A DNA stretch of 64,000 bases from Octopus bimaculoides (GCF_001194135.2 NC_068985.1:13864071-13928070), one strand, 5' to 3'; counted from the stretch's first letter, positions 24,685 through 37,009 are shown. Numbers and translations are program-made. Notes: generated by a model from the letters alone, not told the origin.

Positions 24685-25877
24685 TGTGTGAGTATTTATA
24701 TATATATATATATATATAGGTGTGTGTCTGTGTGTGTGTTGGCCCGAGACCATAGCAGAAGAGACTTGCCCCCAAGTTGCCGTGCAGTGGGGATTAAATT
24801 CAAAACGATGTTGCTAAGCAATCTTCTTAACCACACAGCCATGCCTGGTATAATTATATATTAATTTATGCATAACTATGGAAGCACATGACCGCATGAT
24901 TAATGTGTTCAACTCACAATTGTAAGATTGTTGGTTTAATTCTGAGACAGGGCAGTGCGTTTTATCCTTGAGCAAGATACCTCAGTTCACATTGCTCAAG
25001 TTCATTCAGTTGAAAATGGCAGTTGTTGGGGGTTGAATTTATGATGGATTGACATTCAATTTTAATGGGTGAAAATCTTACACTTCCAGTTGCCAAAATG
25101 CCTGAGAAACTCAATAACATGCACAAACTCCAGCCTCCCTGAGCCAGTAAGTTAGGTGTAGACTTTATATACAGCTTTAACATTCATATTTATAATGTTA
25201 TTCTTTGCTAGAATACTGCATTAAGAATACATTCATGTTGTATTGTCAAGAGATTTTAATAACATATGGCTCCAATCTTGGATTTCATCCAAATATGTTG
25301 ATATAATTTATAGTAGTACACACTGGAAGAAAGAGGAAATGTTCAAATTTCACAAATTTTAACTCAATGTTTACATCTTGTTTTACATTTTTCATCCCAT
25401 GAGTGTGTGCATATAAAGTTCAAATGGAATTTTGCATTTGGTACCAGGCTGATAAAGGTTCTGCATTAGTTTATGCTCATATGTATGTATGTTGATATTC
25501 AGTTTTATTTCAAGATTTCTTGCCAATAGAGGAAGAACTGGTTTCTAACCTAGATCCAAGGGTCCTTCATTGAAATTTCAACAACCTCAGCAGGGTATTT
25601 TTGTATGTACGTTATGTATACATGCAGATTCATATGTTTTGTATGTATGTATGTATACACCCAGTAACCATAAACACATACGTCCCAGTATATATAATAA
25701 ATTTGTATTTTAAGATATATGTTGCAAGGTAATTTTTTTAATATTTTGTTAGCTGGTATGTGATATATATATATATACACACATATATACATATATCTGT
25801 AATATAATGTGTGACAATTATTCAGTTGCCATAATGAATGAGGTCGCATTCATTCTTTTGTTGTCTTACCATTACTA

Positions 25878-25911
<34 letters not shown>

Positions 25912-26179
25912 CAAATATACTTCACTTTATCGTGCAGTTACTGTTAACACCTCGTATATATATATATAGATATATATATGTATGTATGTATGTATGTATA
26001 TTTATGGTGCATTCTGTTAGGGACATAGCAGAGTACAGAATAGAGCTCATTCACTCTTAGAATTACCAAATAGCTGGTAGTATTACAATATACTACCGAG
26101 TCTAGGTTTGGGCATTCTTCGTGTGTAAAAATAAAATTGAATAAGATAGAGTCAACAAGAAGAAGTATGGTTACATAGA

Positions 26180-26500
26180 TATTTTATAATTACTACACAT
26201 GTTTCCATACAACATAGATATTCATATATACAGGTATTTGATCATGCAACGGTTTACCTGTATAATGGGAAAGAGTTGTATTTCTTCAGGTGATATACAA
26301 TTGCTGTCCTCGTTAGTTACGAAACCTTCAACTTCAATGCTAACACATCAATCTACCTTGTTGGTTAGGTTTTGTAACTAACGGAGACGGCAATTGTATA
26401 TTACCTGTGGATCCCATTATACAGGTAAACTGTCGCATAACTAAATTCCAGTATATATGAAGATCTATGTTGTATGAAAACGTGTAGTGATTATAAAATA
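26180..26500. repeat. Fold-back element, ~135-150-bp arms, 39-nt loop
   Basis: 26180-26327 vs 26367-26500, with an indel in the left arm. Confidence 0.8.
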
Positions 26501-28009
26501 ACTGTCTTGCTGTACTCCATCTTGTCATCTCTATCTCATATATATATATATTTAACCTTTGTAGTAGAGAAATATACTGAGCCAATTTAACTATTTCTCT
26601 GTAGATTGAACAAAAAAATTATCAACGGCTTTAATCGATTTCAAACCTTATTGGATTCTCATCAGATGAGTCTATATCCATTTCACCAATTCCACAGAAA
26701 CGAACAGCCATTCTGTTTATCCAGTAGCTCCACATAACTAGGGCTCCTTATTTGCATACTGTAAATGTCTGACACTTTATTCAATAACAGGGGACACACG
26801 CACACACATATGCAGACAGAAAGAAGGAAAGACAGGAAGAAAGAAAGAAAGAAAGAAAGGAAGAGAGAAAGAAAGAAAGGAAGAGAGAAAGAAAGAATGA
26901 TTAATTGATAGAATGGTGTAAGGCTGTGAGTGCAGGTGACATATTTTACATATGCTTGGCAATCTCTCTAGACCTGATACCATAATAAAATTTTTCACCA
27001 GTGGTGGGCATTAAGAAAGGAGCCAGCTGTAGAAATCATGCACAAAAGAGAAGTAATACTTATGAAAATGTGATCTGTGACCAATGAGAACTGACTCGGA
27101 CTGTGATGTCATGTCCAACTCTTAATGTTGCATGTCTCGTTTCTGTTTGTTTTTCTCGTTGTTCGAAAAAAAATTTGTTTTCTATGTTTTCGTTTCTCAT
27201 TGTGTTCAACATTTTTATGATGTCCTGTACCCATATATGCATGTATATATACATATATATGTAGGTATGTACATATATGTATGGATATATGCATATATTT
27301 ATATATTATTTATATTATTATGTATATATATATATATNNNNNNNNNNNNNNNNNNNNNNNNNNNNNNNNNNNNNNNNNNNNNNNNNNNNNNNNNNNNNNN
27401 NNNNNNNNNNNNNNNNNNNNNNNNNNNNNNNNNNNNNNNNNNNNNNNNNNNNNNNNNNNNNNNNNNNNNNNNNNNNNNNNNNNNNNNNNNNNNNNNNNNN
27501 NNNNNNNNNNNNNNNNNNNNNNNNNNNNNNNNNNNNNNNNNNNNNNNNNNNNNNNNNNNNNNNNNNNNNNNNNNNNNNNNNNNNNNNNNNNNNNNNNNNN
27601 NNNNNNNNNNNNNNNNNNNNNNNNNNNNNNNNNNNNNNNNNNNNNNNNNNNNNNNNNNNNNNNNNNNNNNNNNNNNNNNNNNNNNNNNNNNNNNNNNNNN
27701 NNNNNNNNNNNNNNNNNNNNNNNNNNNNNNNNNNNNNNNNNNNNNNNNNNNNNNNNNNNNNNNNNNNNNNNNNNNNNNNNNNNNNNNNNNNNNNNNNNNN
27801 NNNNNNNNNNNNNNNNNNNNNNNNNNNNNNNNNNNNNNNNNNNNNNNNNNNNNNNNNNNNNNNNNNNNNNNNNNNNNNNNNNNNNNNNNNNNNNNNNNNN
27901 NNNNNNNNNNNNNNNNNNNNNNNNNNNNNNNNNNNNNNNNNNNNNNNNNNNNNNNNNNNNNNNNNNNNNNNNNNNNNNNNNNNNNNNNNNNNNNNNNNNN
28001 NNNNNNNNN

Positions 28010-28046
<37 letters not shown>

Positions 28047-28973
28047 TGTGTGTGAGTAGTGTATACAAAAAGAATCCAGACCTGATAGTCTATGAAAAAG
28101 ATATAGCTATAACAGAGTTTGATAGTAGTTCACAAACATGACAATAACTAGAAAAACACCAATAATGTTAGATTTCTATAATAATGATGATATTCATAAT
28201 AAATACAGTGACTTGTTTTTCTCTTCTCAAGGCATAATTTAACAAATATTGTATAGTAAAGCCATTTGCAGTATGTGTGTCCATATACGTTTGTATATGT
28301 GGAGAGGTATTGGATTTTGTTACTTTGTTTCTTTTGCAAAGCCAATAGTATTGCCAATCTCATGTTTTCCAGTATGTAAGAAGATTTTACATGAGTGCTC
28401 AATGAGTTAGAAGTAGCAACCAAATCTGCTTCAAATGATTCCTGTTTATTGTCTGAAGTAAGGAATAATCATATTAGACAACGCAGTTCAAATATAAAAA
28501 ACCTTAAAAGTACAAAATGGTCACAGCTGGAATGACTCTGATCGTAGGCCTATTCAGTCAGGGTTAACCCAGGGTTAAACAACAACAACAACAATAACAT
28601 AACAGCAACAACAACAACATCAATAACTTGGCTTCTGGAAGATTTCCTTAGAATATTCAACTAATAATGATTTCTTTCAATGAAGCATAAGGCAAAATTT
28701 TCATATTGAGGTGGGTTTGAATTTTTTTTTTTATGTGTGAGTGCTTTAAATCTGATTTGGAAAATAATGATGCCATGGATTACAGGTTTATAATAGCAAG
28801 AATGACAAGGGAGTATCTGTAACTCAGTGCATAGCAAATATCACAGGGGGACTTTGCCCACAGGATACCAATTGTTTTACTTTTCTTGATCATATACACC
28901 AGCAAAAGATACTCACTTATTTACATGTATGTATGTATGTATGTATGTATGTATGTATGTATGTATGTATATT

Positions 28974-29016
<43 letters not shown>

Positions 29017-29689
29017 GATAGTATTGAACAGTGAAGATGAGTGGTCAACACCATATTTAGTGGATGAATATTTGTGGACTAACAATACTACCAATGGTTT
29101 CATGTGGAAAGATTTCCCCACAATTTTCAAGCAATCCACTTAAAAATGCTGGTAATTGTCTAGATCACTTAAACATTGTGGAAATTTTTTCTATATGAAT
29201 CCACAAATAAAATATACATATATATACACATACACATACATGTTTAATACATCTATATATATAAAACAAGATGCTGGTTTACCCAAGGGTATGGTAGAAG
29301 ATATTTGCCCAAGGTATCATGCAGGTTTGAAACTGGAACCACATGATCATGGAGCAAACTTCTTAACCACCCAAGGTAAAATCTTGAAATGGACAAATAT
29401 GGCCCATGTGGTACAGTAACCTGGCTAGAACTCATTTATCAATGTCCACAGAGTTGGTTCAAATTTAGGTGCAAACCCAGCAATGTTAAGTGAAAGGGAG
29501 TTAGTTGATACTACTAATTCCACAACTTTACTAGTATCTTATTTGATTGACTTCAGAGGGATTAAAACCAAAGTTAATCTCGAAGGGATTAGAAATGAGA
29601 TTGCAAAACACAGATATAACTTCCAGATATCAGTTATAATTATTTTTGATAATAATAATAATAATAATAATAATTTATAACAAAACCAA

Positions 29690-31635
29690 AAATTTAGGGA
29701 GAAGGAAGGGTCGATTTTACTGACCCTTTAACTTGACCGATACTTTATTTTTGCAAACCTGGAAAAAAAAAAATGGGTAAAGTTGACCTCAGCTGGGCTT
29801 GAACTTAGTATATGAAGAGATGGAACAAATACTGCATTTTTTCTAAAATATTAATAATTCTGCTATTGTCCTACATTCAGGTAATAACCATTTCAAATTT
29901 TGGCATGGGGTCCAAAATGTGGGGAAGAAGGGAGTTAGTCAATTACACTGACCCCAATGTTTAACTGTTACTTTAATTTATTGACCCTAAAAGAAACAAA
30001 AGGCAAAATTGATGTTGGCAAGATTTGCCACCCTCTGTTTCATAATAATAATAATAATAATAATCCTTTCTACTAAAGGCGCAAGGCCTGAAATTTGTGG
30101 GAGGGGATCAATCCATTACATCGACCCAGTGTTTCACTGGTACTTAATTTATTGACCCCGAAAGGATGAAAGGCAAAGTCAACCTCGGCAGAATTTGAAC
30201 TCAGAATGTAGCAACGGGTGAAATGCCACTAAGCATTTTGTCCAGCATGCTAACGGTTCTGCCAGCTCACTGCCATAATAATAATAATGATAATAATAAT
30301 AATAATAATAATAATGATAATGGTTTCAAATTTTGCCACAAGGGCAGCAGTTTTGGGGAATGGGGTTAAGACGATTACATCAACCCCAGTGCACAACTGG
30401 TACTTATTTTATCGACCCCCAAAAGGATGAAAGGCAAAGTCAACCTCAGCAGAATTTGATCTCAGAATGTAGCGATGGGCGAAATACTGCTGGGCATTTC
30501 GTCCACTGTGCTAACGACTCCGCCAGCTCTCCACCTTCATTAATGATGATGATAATAATAATAATAATAATAGACCAAAGTCACATGATATGGGAATTCC
30601 AGCACCCATGACAGATGAAATTCATTTTACCTCAATCTATGTGTGTGCTTTTATGAACCAAGCTCCAAAATGAAAAGATCCCTGAAGACTAATGCAGTAT
30701 TTGATGGTCTAACAAGATGGCCATGTTGAGTTTGATACAAAGATTACTTTTTGGTATTAATACTGCTTTTGTTGTTTATAATTAATCTTTAATAATAATA
30801 ATAATAATAATAGTAGTAGTAGTAAATTACATTTTTATTAGCTGTTGGGGCCCAAGACATTAGAAACCATACAACGACAAGAAACATGGTGAGGGCTTAC
30901 ATTAAATGATAAGAAAGTGAAGTCAACAGAAGCAATAGATAAAAATATAATGTCAACAAGGAAAGTTCCCCCAGAAGGGAGATGAAACCACTGAAATTAA
31001 TTCAGGGAAAAACCCTACTCAAAGTGTGGTTTGCTCTGATGTACCAAAGACATCAAAATGCCCTCTCCTGGGTTCTTGTATCCTGTTTACAATTGCATAA
31101 TCAGAGTATAACCATTTTAGACTTATCAAAATCACTATTCTTACCCATCTTTCTTAAATCATAGTAGAGGGCAGCGCCTCTCTCTTTCTTTCTCCACTCC
31201 CACTGCTCTCTTCAAGTGGTCCTTGAAAAAGCTGATGAGGGCTTAGCCAGAAAGGAAAAACCCCATTCCTAGAACTTTGAACCACTCACATGTCACTACT
31301 TCGCTCACCATAGCCACTGAGCAGAGGAAGACCAGCTGCCTGTTCTTGCATAAGGAGACTGACTGGTCAACCAATAATAATAATAACAACAACAATAATA
31401 GTAATAATAATAATGATTTCAAATTTTTGCCACAAGGGTAGCTTGGTGGTGGGGATTAAGTTGATTACATCAACCCCAGTGCGTAACTGGTACTTCTTTA
31501 ATCGACCCTGAAAGGATGATAGGCAAAGTCAACCTCAGTGGAATTTGAACTCAGAACATAGCTGCAGACAAAATACCGCTAAGCATTTTGCCTGGTGTGC
31601 TAACAATTCTGCCAGCTCACCGTCTTATAATAATG

Positions 31636-31700
<65 letters not shown>

Positions 31701-31798
31701 TACAACAATAACAATAATAATGATGATGATGGTGATGATGACATCTCTGGTTGTGACCTGGGTACAGCTTGTATAAATTAAAGCAAAGCCAAAACATA

Positions 31799-31829
<31 letters not shown>

Positions 31830-31981
31830 TTAATGGTTTCTGATTTAGGCACAGGGGCCAGTATTTTTGAGGGGAGGGTTTTAGTCGATACCATTGACCC
31901 TAATGCTAGCAGAGTACTTTATTTTATTGATTTTGGAAGGATGAAAGGCTAGGTTAACTGCGTGGGATTTGAACTCAGAAT

Positions 31982-32037
<56 letters not shown>

Positions 32038-32200
32038 AATGCCACTAACCATTTTATCTGATACACTAACAGTTCTACCAGCTTGCAGCTTTAACAACAA
32101 CAACAACAATAATAATAATCCTTTCTACTGTGGGCGCAACGCCTGAAATTTGGGAGAAGGTGATGAGTCAATCACATCGACCCCAACAATAATAATAATG

Positions 32201-32247
<47 letters not shown>

Positions 32248-32375
32248 TATAATAATCGGGGAAAGTATTGGATAATTGAAGAGAACAGATAGCATGGTAC
32301 CTCAGGCTGATGGTAGCAAGACTGTTACTCATATAAGACTCCAGGAGTTCCAACAAAACCTGAGTTAAAATAATA

Positions 32376-32423
<48 letters not shown>

Positions 32424-32670
32424 GTAATAATAATAATGATCCTTTTTTTAATGTAGGCACGAGGCCTGAGATTTTAGGGGAAGAGATTAGTCGATTACAC
32501 TGCTGGCTGCAATGCTTGACTGGTACTTTATTTCATCAACCCTGCAAAGATGAAAGGCAAAGCTGACCTTGGTAGAGTTTGAACTCAGAATGCAAAGATG
32601 GACATCATGCTGCTGAGCATTTTTGCCTGGCGTGCTAACAATTCTGCCAGCTCACTGCCTTAATAATAAC

Positions 32671-32703
<33 letters not shown>

Positions 32704-33000
32704 TAATAATAATAACAATAGTAATAATTTTCAACTAGCAGTAACTATCAGTAACCATGCCTCAGATAACGCTCATTCGCTATGACGCTGCCACTTCAAT
32801 TTAGGCCCCAAATCAGCAATTTTGAGGGGAAGGGCAGTTAATTGGTTACACTGACTTCAGTACTTGACTGGTTCTTTATTTCATTCACCTCAAAGGATGA
32901 AAAATAAAGTTGACCTCAGTGGGATTCGAACTCAGAAACAGTAGAACAAATACTACAAGGCATTTTTTCTGGTGCTTGAACGATTCTGTCAATCCACTGC
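29690..33000 (-). repeat. Cluster of about nine same-orientation S1 SINE copies separated by (AAT)n tracts
   Basis: Repeated ...GGTACTTAATTTATCGACCCCGAAAGGATGAAAGGCAAAGTCAACC...GAATTTGAACTCAG...GCCAGCTC units. Confidence 0.75.
30880..31370 (-). mobile_element. Degraded Tx1/L1-like LINE 3' remnant
   Basis: Broken translation ALISFFKDHLKRAVGVEKE...ERWV resembles L1/Tx1 ORF2 C-termini; contains stops and frameshifts. Confidence 0.35.
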
Positions 33001-33369
33001 CCTTTTAATCCTTTAGCTTTTAATACAGCCATATTTGGCTTAAAATTTCCTACCAGTTTTATGTTAAAAGTGGCCAGATCCAGCCTCTTGCACCTACCCT
33101 ACAATGTCATTCTAAAAATAAACAATCACATCAGTGAAGTCTCAAAGGTATGAGATAATGTATGATAAATTCATATGAATGCAAATAGATAAACATTATA
33201 TTTGATAGAATAACCCGAATGCTAAATGATTAAAAATAAAAATAGCAATCTTGATGTCTTGAGAAGGGCCGTTACCCAAAAGAATCTAGGATTAGTTGAG
33301 CCAGGTGGTGGTAGTAGTGGTGGTGGTGGTGGTGGCAGTGGTAGTGGTGGTGGAGGGCAGCAAAGGACT

Positions 33370-33930
33370 CAACGTTGCTAATGTTTTGAATGAACTGTGT
33401 CTTTGCTTGCTAAGCAAAATGAATAGCTTTATGTTGTTGAGTGGCTAAGTAGAAAGAACACTGAGCTGGTTGAGAACAAAATGTTTTTTCTTGGTGCTAA
33501 CCATAGGTTTCTTGAGACCATTTCTAAGTTGTCATGGAACTGTAATGCTAAGCAAGAAGTTGCGTTGCTAGGCAAATGGGATTTTGTGTTGTTAACTGAT
33601 AGGACTGTGCTACAAGGCACCAAAACCGTTTCTATTGCTAACCATATGCTTCTTGTTCCGATTACTAAGTAAATAGCTTTTTATGTTGCTAAACGTGTGG
33701 CTGGACCTATGTTGCTACTGAAAGAACTCTATGTTGTATAGCAACAAATTGTTTTGTGCTGAAAACTGTATAGTTTTTGTGTTCTTTTATTATCTATTGT
33801 TAAGTTGTCATGGAATTGTATTGCTAAGCAGCGAAACTGTGTTGGTCGGCAAAGCAATTTTATTTTGTTGCTAACTAAAATCTATTTGTGTTGCTAAATA
33901 GCAATATTACTATATCACTATGTCAGTTGC
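33370..33930. promoter_or_regulatory. Degenerate tandem array rich in RFX X-box-like motifs (possible homotypic enhancer)
   Basis: GTTGTCATGGAAC (33528), GTTGCTAGGCAAA (33564), GTTGTATAGCAAC (33733), GTTGTCATGGAAT (33804), TTGCTAAGCAA (33407), GTTGCTAAATAGCAAT (33890) and many (G)TTGCTAA half-sites. Function is inferred only. Confidence 0.35.
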
Positions 33931-34099
33931 TGTTGAATAACAATATTTCTGCATGTCTGCATGATGTACATTGGTTACGAGTTCCATGTTTAATGCATGG
34001 ATCTCTATCAAAATATGCTTGTGTGGTTTTAGCATTTGAGGCCTTAAACCAACCATGTGAGAGGGCGAAGGTATCGACTACAGTTTAATAATATTTAAA

Positions 34100-34626
34100 A
34101 ATTAGAAATTTCTTTCCTGCTTGTCATTTTCAGTTTATTTATTTATTTATTTATTTTATTTTATTTTATTTATTTACGCTATAGTAATTCATTTGGTTGA
34201 TTATAAAAACATATAATTCGTAATTGTAAAAAAAAAACAAAAAAAGGAGTAAAAAAAAGTTCTTTCGGAGTCATTCCATTTCTTATAATTATTACTGGAC
34301 ACAACATTGCATGAATTTGCAATTTAAACAAAAAATTAAACAAATAAATAAAAAAAAAAAAAACCACAAGAAATGTCATCAACAATGATGTTGTTATTTA
34401 TATATGACAAGCTGTTGTTTGTAGTTTTTGTTGTTCAAGTGGCTATAGTTGTTGCAGTAGGTTCTTTCTTCATATTTTCTTCTTTCTTACTTTCTTTTTA
34501 AATTTTTTTTTGTAAAAAAAAAATCTTAAGCTTTTTTTCTTTTTCTTTTTCCTTTATATTCTTAGCAAAGAAAACACAACAGACCAGTTGGAAACAGTTA
34601 CAAAGAAGAGGAGCAGCAAATTAGTC
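34100..34626 (-). other. Probable non-coding terminal (3' UTR) exon of the tetraspanin; the 3' end is approximate
   Basis: Strong acceptor tttttttttattcccaacag| at 34627/34626 downstream of the unpaired donor at 37002. Several AATAAA on the minus strand near 34135-34170. Confidence 0.55.
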
Positions 34627-35321
34627 CTGTTGGGAATAAAAAAAAAAATATGTATATATTATATATAACAGTGTTGTGTCTTGGTGGGGTCATGATGCCA
34701 ATGATAATAACACACAGGTTTGATTTCACTTCTTTATTGTTAGTCAATTGGTTAAATGTCACCATGTTACCGAAAAAGGTCACAAATGGTGATGAAAGAA
34801 CTTTGACCTACAAACAACCAATTGATTGTTTAACCAGCACTTCAAACAAACAATAGATTAGTTAGTTGGTTAGACATCTAACGAATTGACTAACTATAAA
34901 GAAGTGAAATTGAACCTGTGTGTGTGTGTGTGTGTGTTATTATTATTGGTATAATAAACCTTCCAAGACACAACAAAATCTGTTTCAACACAAAATACAA
35001 AAACGATGTTATATATATTCTAATAAATATGTGTAAACAAGGTCAGGGGAGAAAAGTAAGGTCAGATTAAAACGTGAAAAGATCTGGTAAATAAGTGAGA
35101 ATGGAGGGCAGGAAAAACTATGAAAATGTGAGGTTTAAGGGAAAAAGTAAAACAAGAGGGGATTGTTGGTTAAAAGTCAGATAAAATGAAATGGTTCCAG
35201 TAAATCAGTAGGGGCTAGAGAAATATATATATATACACATATATAATTATACACACACACACACACACACACATACATACATACATACATACATACATAC
35301 ATANNNNNNNNNNNNNNNNNN

Positions 35322-35368
<47 letters not shown>

Positions 35369-35373
<5 letters not shown>

Positions 35374-35480
35374 GTCTGGGGTGAGTTATTCTCTTTTAGT
35401 GCCTTATTATTTAATACACTCACCAGTGAGTGTATTAAATAATAGGGCACTAAAAGAGAGTGACTCTCCTCAGACAAAAC
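35369..35480. repeat. Near-perfect hairpin, ~54-bp arms, 2-nt centre
   Basis: ...TTAGTGCCTTATTATTTAATACACTCAC|CA|GTGAGTGTATTAAATAATAGGGCACTAA... Confidence 0.85.
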
Positions 35481-36158
35481 AAACTATGCTTCAACACACA
35501 AACTCACATAAAGAATCTTGCAAACCAAATCCAAAAACGAAATATATATATATTTCCCCTCCATTTTAAAGAGGTCTTAGGCCAACAGGTCATGGGGTCT
35601 GACAATACACCATAAAGTTAAGCCTTTTATGGACAGGAAACTCACGATAACCCCATAAACCAACCTTCCCCAGTAAAATATATATATATATAATGGAAAC
35701 ATGATGTAAACCGCAGCCTATGGATATATCTCCTGAGAGTGACTTACTTACTTACCACAGAATAGAATACCATGGATAATAATAACACCTTAAAATGAAG
35801 TTCTTACTTTTCCTTACCATGTCTATTACATAACATTATTTTTTATTTTGACCTATTTTACTCTATCTTATCCTAATTACCCTACTCTATTATTCTAACT
35901 GAATTTCCCACATGTTAGTTTCCTAATATTTGTACTCTCTGAAGAAGCCTTGAGGTTCAACCATTACCCAATCTCTGTCCAATGTTTGTTCATCCCTATA
36001 TATCACTGACGTGATGAGGATGACTCGGAAGATTCACACACTTATTGCAGTGGTCCTTCAGTTTTTCTAAGTCCTGTAAAAGGACTTAGCAGTTTAGGCC
36101 ACCAACCAGGCCTTTCATGATCCCTTTAAAGTTAGGAACTTTTCATTACCCCCTTGTA

Positions 36159-36209
<51 letters not shown>

Positions 36210-36669
36210 NNNNNNNNNNNNNNNNNNNNNNNNNNNNNNNNNNNNNNNNNNNNNNNNNNNNNNNNNNNNNNNNNNNNNNNNNNNNNNNNNNNNNNNNNNN
36301 NNNNNNNNNNNNNNNNNNNNNNNNNNNNNNNNNNNNNNNNNNNNNNNNNNNNNNNNNNNNNNNNNNNNNNNNNNNNNNNNNNNNNNNGGAAGGGCATCCA
36401 GCTGAAGAAACTCTGCCAAATCAGATTGGAGCCTGGTGTAGCCATCTAGTTTCACCAGTCCTCAGTCAAATCGTCCAACCCATGCTAGCATGGAAAGCGG
36501 ACATTAAACGATGACGATGATGATGATGATGATGTGTGTGTGGTATTTGTTCCACCCAAGATAGTACAGACAACTCTATTTCACATTCATCATTAGAACC
36601 ATTGATATCTGCATGTCAAGAACCTGTAACCAAAAATGCTATTGTTCCCCGAAAGTAATATAAAATAAA

Positions 36670-36976
36670 GATTGTTTGCCAACATATCATGGCAGTCCTG
36701 GTTTAGGACTAATGTTACTGTAATTTTAACCCCAGGAGACATCGTCACCAGCTGGCTATACAACATGATCTGTGTCCTTATATTTTCGAACAAAGGAATC
36801 TAGCACCCCCACTCAGCTCAAAACAATATCTGTGTATTGCGATTTCTGGGTTATTTCCCTTCATCAGCACAGATTAATTGTTTGGCTAGAGGTGGCGCTG
36901 CCAAATTCCCGTTTGAAATATATAGTTTTCAAAGTGACAACTAGTCACTGATTTATAAATTAGAAAATTTTCTAAT
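36670..36976 (-). mobile_element. Second copy of the same hammerhead-bearing element
   Basis: Clear similarity to 22055-22350 along its whole length. Ends in the 18-bp palindrome ATTAGAAAATTTTCTAAT (36959-36976). Confidence 0.8.
36829..36873 (-). ncRNA. Minimal type-I hammerhead ribozyme (second copy of the 22.2-kb family)
   Basis: UCUGUG-CUGAUGA-A-GGG(AAAUAA)CCC-A-GAAA-UCGCAA-UA-CACAGA. One change in the helix III palindrome. Confidence 0.72.
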
Positions 36977-37009
36977 ATCAAATAAATATGATTGCATCTT
37001 ACCTGGCAT

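Noticed and set aside
31232-31253. CTGATGA-GGGCTTAGCCA-GAAA hammerhead-like core
   Set aside because: No helix I/III or NUH triplet, and it lies antisense within an apparent LINE coding remnant; likely coincidence.
29690-33000. CRISPR-like repeat/spacer pattern
   Set aside because: Eukaryotic SINE copies separated by microsatellites; no constant-length repeats or spacers and no cas genes.
34598-34626. GLICCSSSL* as the tetraspanin's last coding exon
   Set aside because: Wrong phase, and the stop codon is already in the 37010-37066 exon; treated as 3' UTR.
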